The notes beneath the pieces are model-generated. The model saw only the letters and a program-made list of their open reading frames with translations. It had not been told where the DNA came from and searched no databases. From contig NC_043001.1 in NCBI RefSeq assembly GCF_006345805.1, forward strand, positions 29,512,001 through 29,576,000: a stretch of DNA of 64,000 bases, written 5' to 3'. Positions 12,601 to 25,800 of this stretch are shown in pieces; positions within the stretch are counted from its first letter, which is position 1, and each line of letters opens with the position of its first letter. Made by a program: the position numbers and the translations under genes. This DNA comes from Octopus sinensis. Lineage: Eukaryota.

Positions 12601-14295
12601 AGTCACGATCTTGTGATCATGAGTACAACACCCTAACCACTAGGCCACTAGAGGATTAGATGGGTATGTGATTTGTAATTACTTCATTGTCTTGGTCTGT
12701 AGCTCGTATTATACCAAAGCGATCATTCTTGGGTTGCATTTCAGAAATTTGCCATGTGAAAGGGCCCAAAAACTGTGGAAGATTCTGATCTCGTAAGACT
12801 CTAATTGTAACAGTGGCTGTACCAGTTTTGACTGGAAATCGTTGATCACTGGCAATCACTTGGAACTGAAATGAGAGTTACAAAATTAAATATGAAATAA
12901 GTATGTTAGTTTTTCCTTTTCCTTTAACTCATTTTATTTTTATATTTTGATCCAAAGGTACTTGTAAAATCCAGCACTGAATAATAAGAACAGAAATTCA
13001 TTATACCGTTTTATTAGAATAGTTAGCAAAGAGAATCTTTAATTATTTTTCATATATGTTTTGTCTGACATTGCTTTGTGCTTGTGCTTCTATTAAAATA
13101 TCTCTTCTAATTCATAATTTCAGATTAAAACTCTGGCTTTAATGTACAAGGAATAATACTCAGCTAATTTAGTCTCCTTTACTTTATACTTTGTTCACAA
13201 CTTATTAAGAATAGTCTTTAGATAGAGCAAGAACAAAAGAAAAAGGTATATGATTTGAATTATCAAACTGTGAGGAGCACGTCTCATGAATGTTATTAAC
13301 TTCTGCCTTTCGGAATAAAAGAAATCTCAAATTTTAGTTGAGAATGCTCACTTTAAATGAGAAATTTCACAAAATTCTGATCTGTGTTATAATATCAAAC
13401 ACAAATCTTCCTTTCAGAAATCTGAATTGCTATTTCTTTTAATCATCATATTGAAAACACTATATGTAGCTTATTGGGGTCAGGGGTCTACCTAAAGTAA
13501 AGGAAGGAGTAAGCAATTTGATATCAATGCAAACTAACCAATCAAATAATTCAGGGACCTTGCAGTGAAATATCTCTCCCAAACTGTGGCATTTGAGAAG
13601 TTTGGAGGGACTGGGCCACGGACCATGAAGTTCTTGTCATCGTTGGCAGCTTACATCACCAAGGTATGAGGTGATGCCTGTGAGGGTGCTTAGCCTTTCC
13701 AATGCCTAATCCTCACCATAGCCCATGGTAATGCTGCAAGTGTGCTGGCTTGCTTCAGCAGGTTCTGTTGAACCTTGTGGTGTGCAACCAACTGAAGCAC
13801 TTGGTGCTGCATTGATGCTTTTCTTTTTTTTTCTATTTCTTCTCTTTTTCTCTTCCTTTTTTCTTTTTTTTTTTCACTTTTCTTCTTTTCTTTGTCTTTC
13901 TTTTGTAAAGACCATATTCTCAAAATAACGACAGTAATGTGAATTCAATAATGAAGTAATTTAAGTAAAATTATATAGTTACTTATTAATGAAACCCACC
14001 AAAAATGTACTGCAGAATGAAAACTCAATCTAAAGTATTTCAAAAAAATTCTGTTTTTATTTATTTATTTATTTATATTTTGTTTGTTTATTTATTTATT
14101 TATTGTTCATATTTCATATTATAAACACAGGTATGGTTGTGTTGATAAGAAATTTGCTTTGCTGCTATGTAGGTTCAGGTTCAGTCCTACAGTGTAGCAC
14201 CTTAGATAAGAACTTTCTACTATGCATAGCTCTGGCCTGACCAATGCTTTGTGAGTGAATTTGGTAGGCAGAAACTGTGTGGAAGATTGCATATA

Positions 14296-14344
<49 letters not shown>

Positions 14345-14365
14345 GTGTATGTGTGTGTGTGAGTG

Positions 14366-14400
<35 letters not shown>

Positions 14401-15564
14401 CGTTGTACTTGTACTTGTCCCCATTCTTAGCTGCTTGATAACCGGTCTTGGTTTGTTTATATCCCAGTAACTTAGTAGTTTGACAAGTAGAAGAAGTACT
14501 GGGGTCAATTTGTTTGATTAAACCCATGAAAGCTGTACCCCAGCACGACCACAGTCCAATGACTAGAACAACTAAACAGTTGAAGACAAAATATATTATG
14601 AAATTGGTTAAATGATGAAAAATTAAAAAAATAAAATAAAAATACTTCCACTTTATTAATATCTAATACTTACAGTAAACATGTTGGTGGTGTTATCCCG
14701 ATCGAGAGGTTGCCTTACATAAATAGTGCCATCATTTCTTGAAATGAAGAAGTTCTGATAAGCATTGTTGCTCACTGGATCTATCATTTCATAGTCAACA
14801 ATATCCTGAAAATAGTACATAGATAATTCATAACATTATATTGTGATGGCATTTTCCTTAAGTAAGTTTAAGAAAATTTGATAAAATATGACAAGCTGGT
14901 AATCAAAGATAGGGAAATACTTAATTTTCAACTGTCATAGTAAAATATATTGATTTACATACATTACATTTGGTTTTCATTGTGCCTTGTGGAACCTGAG
15001 GCAGCGGCAAGATCATTCCACCTAACACTGAAAGCATCCTTGACACCTTGTTCCATTGTTGACACTCTGCTTTTAAGATCTTTTGTTATTGTTCTCTGCC
15101 ATATTTCCTTTGGTCGCTAATGTCTTCCTTTACCCTATGGAACCCATTGTAAAGTGATCCTGACAATTGAGTTCAGTTTATAGCAACAAACTCAACCCAG
15201 CCATTTCTCCTTGCTTCAATAGTTTCTCTTGTTTGTTTCACATTAGACTTGGTATCTAGTTGGCTATTTGAGGTCATATTCAGCTAGTATAGAAACATTT
15301 TTTTCATGCTCAGAATTGCTGAAACATGGAATAAGCTTCCTGCATCAGTTGTTAATTGTTAGTTCAAAACTTCCATGCTTCCTGAAATATTCACCAGCAG
15401 TTTGCCCAATGCCCTCAACCCAATTTTTTTTAAGGATTTATTCACTGTTCACTTCCTGAGGATATTTCATGTACTGTTCATGCAGTTTTAGTTACTTTTT
15501 CTGATGGCTGTGGTGCATCTGAGCATTGTATACAATAAACTCATTATTATTATTATTATTATTA

Positions 15565-15612
<48 letters not shown>

Positions 15613-15743
15613 TTGGCATTAGGAAGTGCGTCCAGCTGTAGGAACTCTGCCAGATCAGATTGGAGCCTGGTGCAGTCATCTGGTTCGCCAGTCCTCAGTC
15701 AAATCGTCCAACCCATGCTAGCATGGACAGCGAACATTAAACG

Positions 15744-15778
<35 letters not shown>

Positions 15779-16682
15779 CATCACTATTATTATTGATTAC
15801 AAATTGTAAACCTTGTTATTTTTAATTCCACAGGCCTTCTCAGAAAAACTAACAGGTGATAAATTAACTGATGTTTGTGCTCCCCTACCCTACCCCCAAA
15901 AAGGAAGCAAGGTTGAATCCTTTTAGAAACATCTGTCCTTGATAGTACTGGATCAATTTGAAAACGCATGGTTAGATTTATGTTCAAATAAACATTTTTT
16001 TAAAAATTGTGCTACATTGAAAGCTGATTATTAACTTCTTTCAGAGAGATGCTAGTCAAAGCTGATACAGGCAGTATATTTTACACAGTGAATCCTTTTA
16101 CTGAATAACCTATGTTATTTAATCTGTACTTTACTGTCATGATCAGCTTTATTATCCTATATGTCGTTGTTTGTTACTTCTCGAGCCATGCCTGGCTCTT
16201 AAGGGCCAGTTTCCCAGTTTCATTGGCATAGAGATTCCCCACCTGGACAGGACACTGGTCAGTTGCAGGTGAACTGTTAGATGCAGGAGGAAAGAGTGAG
16301 AGAAATATTGTGGCGAAAGAGTCAGCAGAAGTTTGTCAGTACCTTCTGCTGGAGCTCCATGGAGCTTAGGTATTTTGCTCATAAACACACACATTGCCCA
16401 GTCTGAGATTCGAACCCACAATCCCTTGACCATAAGTCTTCTGCTCTAACCACTAGGCCATTTGCCTCTATTATCCTATATAGTAGTGAAATATTTTTTT
16501 TCCCTATATTTAACTCACTGTATTTTTTATGTGTGGTAAGAAGCTTGGCTCCTAACCACATAGTTCTAGATTCAGTTCCACTGCATGTTACCTTGGGCAA
16601 GAGTCTTTTACTATAGCCTTAGGCCGACCAAAGCCTTGTGAGTGGATTTGATAGATGGAAACTGAAAGAAGCCTGTTATATA

Positions 16683-16714
<32 letters not shown>

Positions 16715-16788
16715 CATATATACATATATATATATATACATATATATATGCATACATATATACATAAATATATACATATATATATACA

Positions 16789-16824
<36 letters not shown>

Positions 16825-19800
16825 TGTATGTATGTATGTATGCATGTGTGTGTGTGTCTTTGTGGCTGTGTTTGTCCTTAATAGAACTTGACAATTGGTG
16901 CTGTGTGTTTACATTCCTGTAACTTAGTGGTTTGGCAAAACAGACCGATAGAATAGATACCAGGTTTTAAAAAGAAAATAAGTACTGGGATCGATTCATT
17001 TGACTAAAAAAATTCTTGAAGGTGGTGCCCCAGCATGGCCGCAGTCTAATGAGGGAAAAAGATAGAACCGAATAGGAAATAGAAACTGTAATATATTTAA
17101 AAAGAAAGCAAGCAAAAGATGTTTTCCTTTGTATACTGGAAAGAGATGTGTTGAAAGGCTCAACAAATTCAACACTAATAAAAATGGAGAAGCTGTTGGT
17201 AGGATGCCATTCCATCACAGGGTTACTCTTTTATGGTTGAGTAGAGTGAGGCAAAAAGTGGAATGAAGTGTTTTGCTTAAGATCACGATGCAACACCTGG
17301 TCCAGGAATTGAAACCACAATCTTGCGATCATGAGTGCAACACCCTAACCACTAGGCCACTAAATAACTAGATGGGTACATAATTTGAAGCTACATCATT
17401 GTCTGGGTCTGCAGATTGTATTGTATCAATGAGTTCATTCTTGGGTAGCAATTCAGAAATTTGCCATTTGAAAGGAGCCAAAAACTGTGGATGATTCCGA
17501 AACAGAAGTGTTGAAAGGCTCAATAGATTCAACGGTAATAAAAATACAGGTGGTGTTGGTGATGGTGCTGACGGTAACTATTATAGTGATGATAACAATA
17601 AGAATAATAATGATGAAGGTGGTAAAGTTAAAGTCTGAAAAATTGGGACTTACTCTATCACTGTCAGTTGCTGACACCTTCAGCACTGATGAACCTGGAC
17701 TCAGAGACTCTCTGATATCTTTGGTATAACTACTTGATAAAAATACTGGAGCATTTGGGTTTCGCCTGACATTAACGATGAGGGTAGTTGTTGCAAAATT
17801 GTCTGGTTCTGCTGAATCATAGGCTTTGAGTTCAAGCTGTAATGATATGCATTGGCTCATTTCAATAAAAAATGTATAATGAAAAAAATAGCTTTTTACC
17901 ATATTTTTAAAATTTGCATTTCAAAAGCAAATAATTTTAAATGTAATTAACAATCTGACATTTGGGATTGATAAATCAAGAATCAAAAGCAATGGTATCA
18001 ACTAAACCCTATTATTATTATTACTACTATGATTATTATTATTATTATTACTATTACTATTACTATTATTATTATTATTAGTAGTAGTAGTAGTAGTATT
18101 AGTATTAGTATTAGTAAGGTGGTGAGCTGGCAAAATTGTTAGCACACCGGACAAAATGTTTAGCAGTATTTCACCTGTCGCAACTTTCTGAGTTCAAATT
18201 CAGCCAAGGTCAACTTCGCCTTTCAGCCTTTCGAGACTGAGGAATTATGTACCAGTGAAACACTAGGATCGATGTAATCAACTAGTTCCCTTCCACTAAA
18301 TTTGAGGCCTTGTGCCTCCAGTAAAAAGTATTATTATTATAAAATATACGAAGCCCAGTATACCCATCATGACTACCTGTCTGATAAAGGTATACCAAGC
18401 ACATGCATCACAACCATATGTGCATGATATAGTGATCTCATATCAAGATTAACAGAACATGACCTTGCAGGTGGGACCTAGTTAGAATTTTCTTCAGGTC
18501 AAGTAGCCCATCCTGCTCAAAAAGACCCTGAGTAAAGGTTGTTTAAGGATGTTGAACAAAACATCCATGTTTCCAGAGGTGAATTATCCAAACCACAAAG
18601 AATTCCTCTCAACACATGACTATGATGCTCCCCCACTACTTCTGCTCGTGATCAGAGATGCACATATCGTCAGCCACTAAGGAACATGCTCAACTGGTTA
18701 AGGTCAAGTAACTGACAAGCAAGTCTGTGGTATTGAGCAGAATATTTGCTGTAGCCCATCTTTTATACCAAGACAAAACAATGTACATGATAAGACTTCC
18801 AATCAGTTAAGATCAGCAGCCATGAGAACAACTGCCTGGTACTGCATCAGGGCATTTATTTTAATCATCATCATCATTATTATTATTATTATTAAGGTTT
18901 TGAGCTGACAGAATCATTAGCACACTGAACGAAATGTTTAGCAGTATTTTGCCCATCATTATGTTCTGAGTTCAAATTCTACTGAGATCATCTTTGCCTT
19001 TCATCCTTTCGGGGTCAATAAAATAAGTGCCAGTTGATCACTTGGGGGAGGTTGGGGCTCAATGTAATTGACTTAACCCCTCCTTCGAAATTGTTGGCCT
19101 AGGCAAAAATTATAATAATGAGTGAAAAGGAGAAGTCTAGTTACATTAGAACAATGACTTCATATCTGGTGTAAGCCTTTCATAATATTTATCCAGGTCA
19201 CTTACTTCTATATTGCTATTTTCACATCATTTTGACATAAATATCACATCTGTGGATTTGACCTGTGATAGTTCAGAACTATTATCTATGGGCAAAATTA
19301 GCTCTAATTTTCTAAACTCCCATGAATCTGAAACATGCACAAATTTTATGATTGCACAAATTTTATGATTACACAAATTTTATGATTGCTAGGATTTTGA
19401 GAAGAATTGAAAATTTTAATGCCTGCATGATCTCTATGAAATATATCTAGTGAATTCATTGGGTTATGAATTTGGGGCATCAAGAAATAAATTATGTATA
19501 AAAAAAGAATAAATATAGAAACCAAAAGGAAATTGATAAAACTAAAAAGCTTAGCTATAGACATCTCTATCAAGTAACATAATTATAGTCTCTACTTTTT
19601 CTTTCCTTTTTTATTTAAAAAATTTTAATCTTAGAATGTCCTAATGAATCTAGTAAACAAACTAGTTACAATTATATAATCATAATATAAAATGTATTAT
19701 TTCTGTAGCTTACCCTATAAGAAATTACACGATCAGTTAGAAGTGATGTTTTCAGGGAGATATCTCCAGTATTTGCATTTATTTGGTAATAGTTTAGAGT

Positions 19801-22800
19801 ATGTGAATCTCCAGTCAGTTCATAAACAATTTGTTGCTGAAAGAAAGAAACAAAAGGAGAAAAAAAAACAATTAGCCATGAGACAGTTTCTTTCAAATGC
19901 ATTAGTCTAACACATTGTTCAAATAATTCATTTGCATGTAAATTAGGCAAGTAAATAAAATTTTTCAGTTAAATTCTGTTTGATATTTGCTAATTTATAA
20001 GAGATTCAAGGATTAAAAATTTTGATCTACAACTAATAAATGTATATATAAATCATAAATATAGATTTATGATTTATGCAACTGTTTCACATTTTTATAC
20101 CTATTGTCAACATACATATACAGTATAATTTGAATATTTACATATATCTTTGATGAATGCCAGACTAATAAAAGGTGAGGGTAAAGACCCTCTTTGGACA
20201 TGAATGACCATGGGATTGCACCGAGAAAGCTACCTCCTGAGGCACAAGTCTAGGCAAGGTTCTTTTATGGAAGACCAGCTGTTGCCAATGAATACCAGCC
20301 TCCCCACTCTATGCCACCAATGTTATTCAAGGTGAGACAAAAGCCGATACAGCTTGGCATCAGTGACATTGCAGCTCATTTCTACAGCTGAGTGAACTGG
20401 AGCAGTGTGAAATAAAGTGTCTTGCTCAAGAACACAACACACAGCTCAGTCTAAGAATCAAACTCACTACTTCATGATTGTGAGCCCAACACTCTAACCA
20501 CTGAGCAATGCACCTTCACTAGACTTAAAACCATAAGTCACGTTATTTTTTCCTTGATTAATTCTAGTTTAGAAAAAGAAAATAATGAAATACTAGACAT
20601 GTTAATAAAAATAAAATGAATAGTGGCTGTGTGGTAAGTAGCTTGCTTACCAACCACATGGTTCCGGGTTCAGTCCCACTGTGTGGCACCTTGGGTAAGT
20701 GTCTTCTACTATAGCTTCGGGCCGACCAAAACCTTGTGAGTGGATTTGGTAGACAGAAACTGAAAAGAAGCCCGTCGTATATATATGTATATATATATGT
20801 GTGTGTGTGTTTGTGTGTCTGTGTTTGTTGTCCCAACATCACTTGACGACCAATGCTGGTGTGTTTACGTCCCAGTAACTTAGCGGTTCGGCAAAAGAGA
20901 CCGATAGAATAAGTACTAGGCTTCCAAAGAATAAGTCCTGGAGTCAATTTGCTTGACTAAATGCGGTGCTCCAGCATGGCCGCAGTCAAATGATTGAAAC
21001 AAGTAAAAGAGTAAAGAGTAAAAGATATACTAAAGAAACCAAAAGTTTTTTGTTTTTTTTAAGGTTAACTTTTTATATGATTTGGCATTTTTAGATATTA
21101 GAATTTTGACTGAATTGTCTTAAGTGTTGACATTCTTATTTGAAGTGATATTGTTTAATGATTGTTAAACATTTCAAAGATATAAAATAATGACAGCAGC
21201 TAACCATACAGTAACAATAACATAGTAGCGAAATGATACTAAAATTCCATTTTCTTAGTTTTGCAATATATGAATGATGTGTAACAGAAATTTTGGCATG
21301 AAAAATTTATGCAGTCTTACCTTTAGGTTTCTATGAGTAGCTTTGGCAACAAACAGTTGTGTATTCACAGAGAAAGAATCATCGATGGTCACATCATTAG
21401 GTGGTGGAGAGGTAAAGAATGGTTTCTGAGTAGGTATCACATTAATGGTAACGATAGTTTTGGCAGTTTTGCTTCCATCAGTAACTTTGACATCAAACTG
21501 TACAAGTGAAAAAGAAAGTAGTAAATGAGAAAAAGAGAGAGAGAAAGAGGGAAAGAGAGAGGTGGTGAGAGAGAGAAAGAGAGAGAGAGAGGGGGACAAG
21601 TTTTGTTTAGCAAATGTTTAAAAAAAAGATGGGTGAATGTAGCAAGGATGGCACGTATGAATGACGAAGCCACCTTGAGCATAATCCTATGAACCCGGAA
21701 AAATTTAAAACAGAGTTACTTACTTGCAAATAAATGTATTAACATGTGACATTATTGACCGAGGTTACCATGGTCTTTTCTGTAGGCTTTTCTTTCCACG
21801 GATAAACCTTATCTGCTTCCCCCTTTACACTTTACATCATGACATTTCTGTGATACACGATCCCTATTGATCAGTTTTTTTTTTCTTTCCTTTTTACGAT
21901 CCCTTTTGATTGAAAACCTACTCCACTTTTTTTTTACTCTTCAAAAAGAAAAGCTCTACTTTGTAATTTGTCCCGTCTGTGTTCAGCCCTGTGTGGCTAA
22001 TAAAGAAACATATATTCAAAAAACTCTTTTGATATTAATATCTTTTCATACCTTGTCAGGGGCCATATAGCTCAAAGGATAAAGCAATCATCTGGAACTT
22101 GAGAGGTACAAAGTCGAGTCTTCATAGCAGTCTCCTGGCCACTTTTTTAAAGGCAATGAGCTGGCAGAATCATTAGCATGTCAAAGCACAATGCTTAATG
22201 ACATTTCGTCTGTCTTTGCATTCTGCGTTCAGATTCTACCACGACCAGCTTTGCCTTTCAGGGTCAATAAAATAAGTACCAGTTGGTCACTGGGGTTGAT
22301 GTAATCAACTTACTCCATTCATGAAATTGCTGGCCTTGTGCCAAAATTAGAAACCAATATTTTTTCATGCCTTTATATATCAGAATGCATATAAAACATT
22401 GTATTGATAGTTATTTTTCCTGAGTGGAGGTGCAATGGCCCAGTGGTTAGGGCAGCGGACTCGCGGTCATAGGATCGCGGTTTCGATTCCCAGACCGGGC
22501 GTTGTGAGTGTTTATTGAGCGAAAACACCTAAAAGCTCCACGAGGTTCCGGCAGGGGATGGTGGTGATCCTTGCTGTACTCTTTCACCACAACTTTCTCT
22601 CACTCTTACTTCCTGTTTCTGTTGTACCTGTATTTCAAGGGCCCGGCCTTGTCACTCTCTGTGTCATGCTGAATATCCCCGAGAACTACGTTAAGGGTGC
22701 ACGTGTCTGTGGAGTGCTCAGCCACTTACACGTTAATTTAACAAGCAGGCTGTTCTGTTGATTCAGATCAACCAGAACCCTCATCGTCGTAACCGACGGA

Positions 22801-25800
22801 GTGCTTCCATCCATTTTCCTGAATTCGTTTATGCATATACAATGATCCCTTTTAGTGTTTCCCTACGTTTTTACAAGGTTTTATTTGATCTGTCAACCAT
22901 TTTGGCTACATAAATAAAGAAAACGAAAGCTGTTCATTCTTTTGATACTTTTAATTCTTGGATTAATAAGGGCCTGTCAGTGAAACTAGAATGTGTTTGC
23001 CTGGGGCAGTCCTTAAGCTTACCACCTTCCAAACCCTCAGACAAATAGGGTTTATACAAGCTTATACAACAGATCCAAAATGCCACCCTATAAGAGCATT
23101 TACAAGGTATGCTACTGCCTGCTATTACTCTTACAAGCAATATTTCCATTCATGATTAGCTTCACCAAAAATGTATGATTTAGTTGAATGTAAGTCATGG
23201 ATGTTTACAACACTATTTACACAATGGATGAATCATTCAGATGTTAGCTGAATGATTCACGTATTTTGAAGAAGTATATGTATGATCATTTACACATACG
23301 TACTTATTGTATGGCAAGACTTCTGTTTCTATCTTCCTGTCTCCCTGTCACCCACTAATCTTTCATCATGTGACACAAAATCACCTCCTCCAGTGCCCCC
23401 TCCCTCTCAAAGATTCCTTGTTTTGCAAGCTTCTTGGTGACCCTGCCAGTACTGGTACCACATAAAAAATGCCCAGTTCACATTGTGAAGTGGTTGGCAT
23501 TTGGAAGGGTATCCAGCTGTAAAAACCAAGGCAAAACTGACCTCACTTGTGCTCATGTCATGTACTGGGTTGGCAACTAAGTTCCTGCCGTATTTTTTTT
23601 AATTTTGGAATTTATTGTGTTTTTAAATTTTGGAATCTATTTTTTTCAAGAATTCTATTTTTGAATCATTTTGGAATCTATTTTGTTTTTGTTTTTTTCT
23701 AGTTAATTTTGGTTCATTTATTTTAATTTCAGATCATTAAAATGGAATGTCAGTGAATAAATAATACTTCTAATAAATAATATTTAATAGACTTGGACAG
23801 CTGTGTAAAGAAGTGCCAATCTCTAACTGTGGAGGGAAACTGTGGCAGAAGTAGACACAGGAAGATATGGGACGAGGTGATGAAATATGATCTTCAAACT
23901 TTAAGCCTCACAGAGGCAATGGACCGGTGACCGAAACCTTTGGCAATGTGCTGTGGTTGAGAGGACCCATCAAGTCAAGTGCACCTGTGCCAGTGGTATG
24001 TAAAGAACATCTTTTAAATGTTGGGCCTCGCGAAGGCTTAGTTCCTTTCGAGTGTTGGGCCTCATGGAAGCAAAGTGGCTGAGTTCCTTTCAAGTGTTGG
24101 ATCTCATGGAGGCAATGACCAAGACCTTTGTCATTATGTCGTGCATGAGAAGAAGACCCAGCAAGCCAAGTAAAATCACAGTCATGGCAGATACCAGTGT
24201 CATGCAAATTGGCACCCGTGCCAGTGGAATGTAAACGCAGCCAGATTTCACGCAAATGGCACCTGTGCCAGTGGCATGTAAAAGCACCCATTGCACTCTC
24301 GGGGTGGTTGGCATTAGGAAGAGTATCCAGCCATAGAAAACCATGTGAAATCAGATTGGAGTTTGGTGCAGCCTTCCAATGTGCTAGCTCGGTCAAACCA
24401 TCCAACTCATGCCAGCATGGACAATGGATTTTAAATGATGATGATGATGAGATTTTAAAGGAAATTATACTCACCACATATTGTGCTAAGCTCTTTTGAA
24501 GGCTTTTCTTTAGGAGAATATCGCCATTATATGGTGCCACATAGAAAGTTTGCCGGTCATCAAGATCTCCTTCCATAGAGAATGTCAGTTGATCCTGAAA
24601 TATATAATTGTTTCTTTTAATAATAGCAATAAATTGAAAAATTAAATAACACTGAAAAAGAAAAATTACAATCCTTTCTAATATAGACACAAAGTCTGAG
24701 AATTGGCAGGAGGGGTAGGTCCATCACATCAACCCCATTACTTTATTGATACTTATTTTATTGACCCCAAAAAGGATGAAAGGCAAAGTCAACCTCGGTG
24801 GAATTTGAACTCATAAGGTAAAGACTGATGAAATACCTGTAAACAAGGCCAATGCCAGAAAATTCTGCACCCTACAATAGCAACATATTGAGTACCCCAT
24901 TCTTATAGCAACAATATCAACACAATGAGTACCCCATGCTTATAGTTATGACTGCTGAATATGAGGTCTGATCAATAAGTATCTGGACTGTGGCCATAGT
25001 AACGAAGCTAAAGCACGCAAAGTGAAACCACTTGCCACAGATTGACCTTAAACTCTGCTGTACATGTACACTAAGTTTTACATTCTAGTTCACTTTTACT
25101 ATTTACAGCAGTGCTTGGAAGGAAGGTGTGTAGTGTGTGATCATCGCATTGACCATGACAGAGAAAGCTGTCATGGTGATACCTGCTCAGAGGTCTATGC
25201 AAAGTTGCAGAAAGTGTATGGAGAAGAGTGTATGAGCTGCACACAAGTGTACAAGTGGTTCAGATGTTTACAAGATGGCCAAAAAAATGCTGATATTGAT
25301 GAATGTTCTGAGAAAGCCACAACCAGCAGAATGGAGAGATGTGCATGCAGCAGTGAGGGGAAATCATTGAATCACCATCCATGAGTTACCAGAGGATGTG
25401 CAGATTAGTTACGGTTCAGTTCAGTCTATTATCACTGAGGATTTGGATATGAGCCAAAACTGCTTTCAGCTCACCAAAAAGACACCCAGGTGTCAGTTGC
25501 ACAAGATCTCTTTGATTGTGTTGAGAATGATGAAAACTTTTTGAAAACTTTGTGTAGGCCTCTGAGCAGGTAGCAACAAACTTTTGACAAAATTTGATGC
25601 AGATTCTCTGCTCAACTGTCTCTGTCATGATCATTACAATGATCACACACTACTCACCTTCTTTCCAAGCACTGTCATAAACAGTAGAAATAAGCTAGAA
25701 TGTTAAAATTTAGTGCACATGCACAACAAAGTTCAAGGTCAATTTGTAGCAAGTGGCTTCAATCTGTGTGCCTTAGCTTCGTTACTATGGCAACAGTCTA

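Noticed and set aside
18345-18865. Complex-sequence intronic blocks (also about 21610-22060, 53290-53580, 41780-42050)
   Set aside because: Probably interspersed repeats, but single-copy here with no diagnostic termini, so not classifiable without a library search.
22424-22500. tRNA gene
   Set aside because: A/B boxes belong to a SINE head continuing into body and tail with a TSD; no complete cloverleaf or terminator. Same for other heads.
22934-23149. 71-aa minus-strand ORF between exons 19 and 20; likewise 58366-58596 and about 34730-34870
   Set aside because: No cadherin signatures, and the short/long exon alternation is complete without them.
23908-24690. Longest listed ORF (260 aa, minus)
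   Set aside because: Chimera of intron, cadherin exon 19 and antisense read-through of an RTE 3' end; only 24475-24594 is coding.
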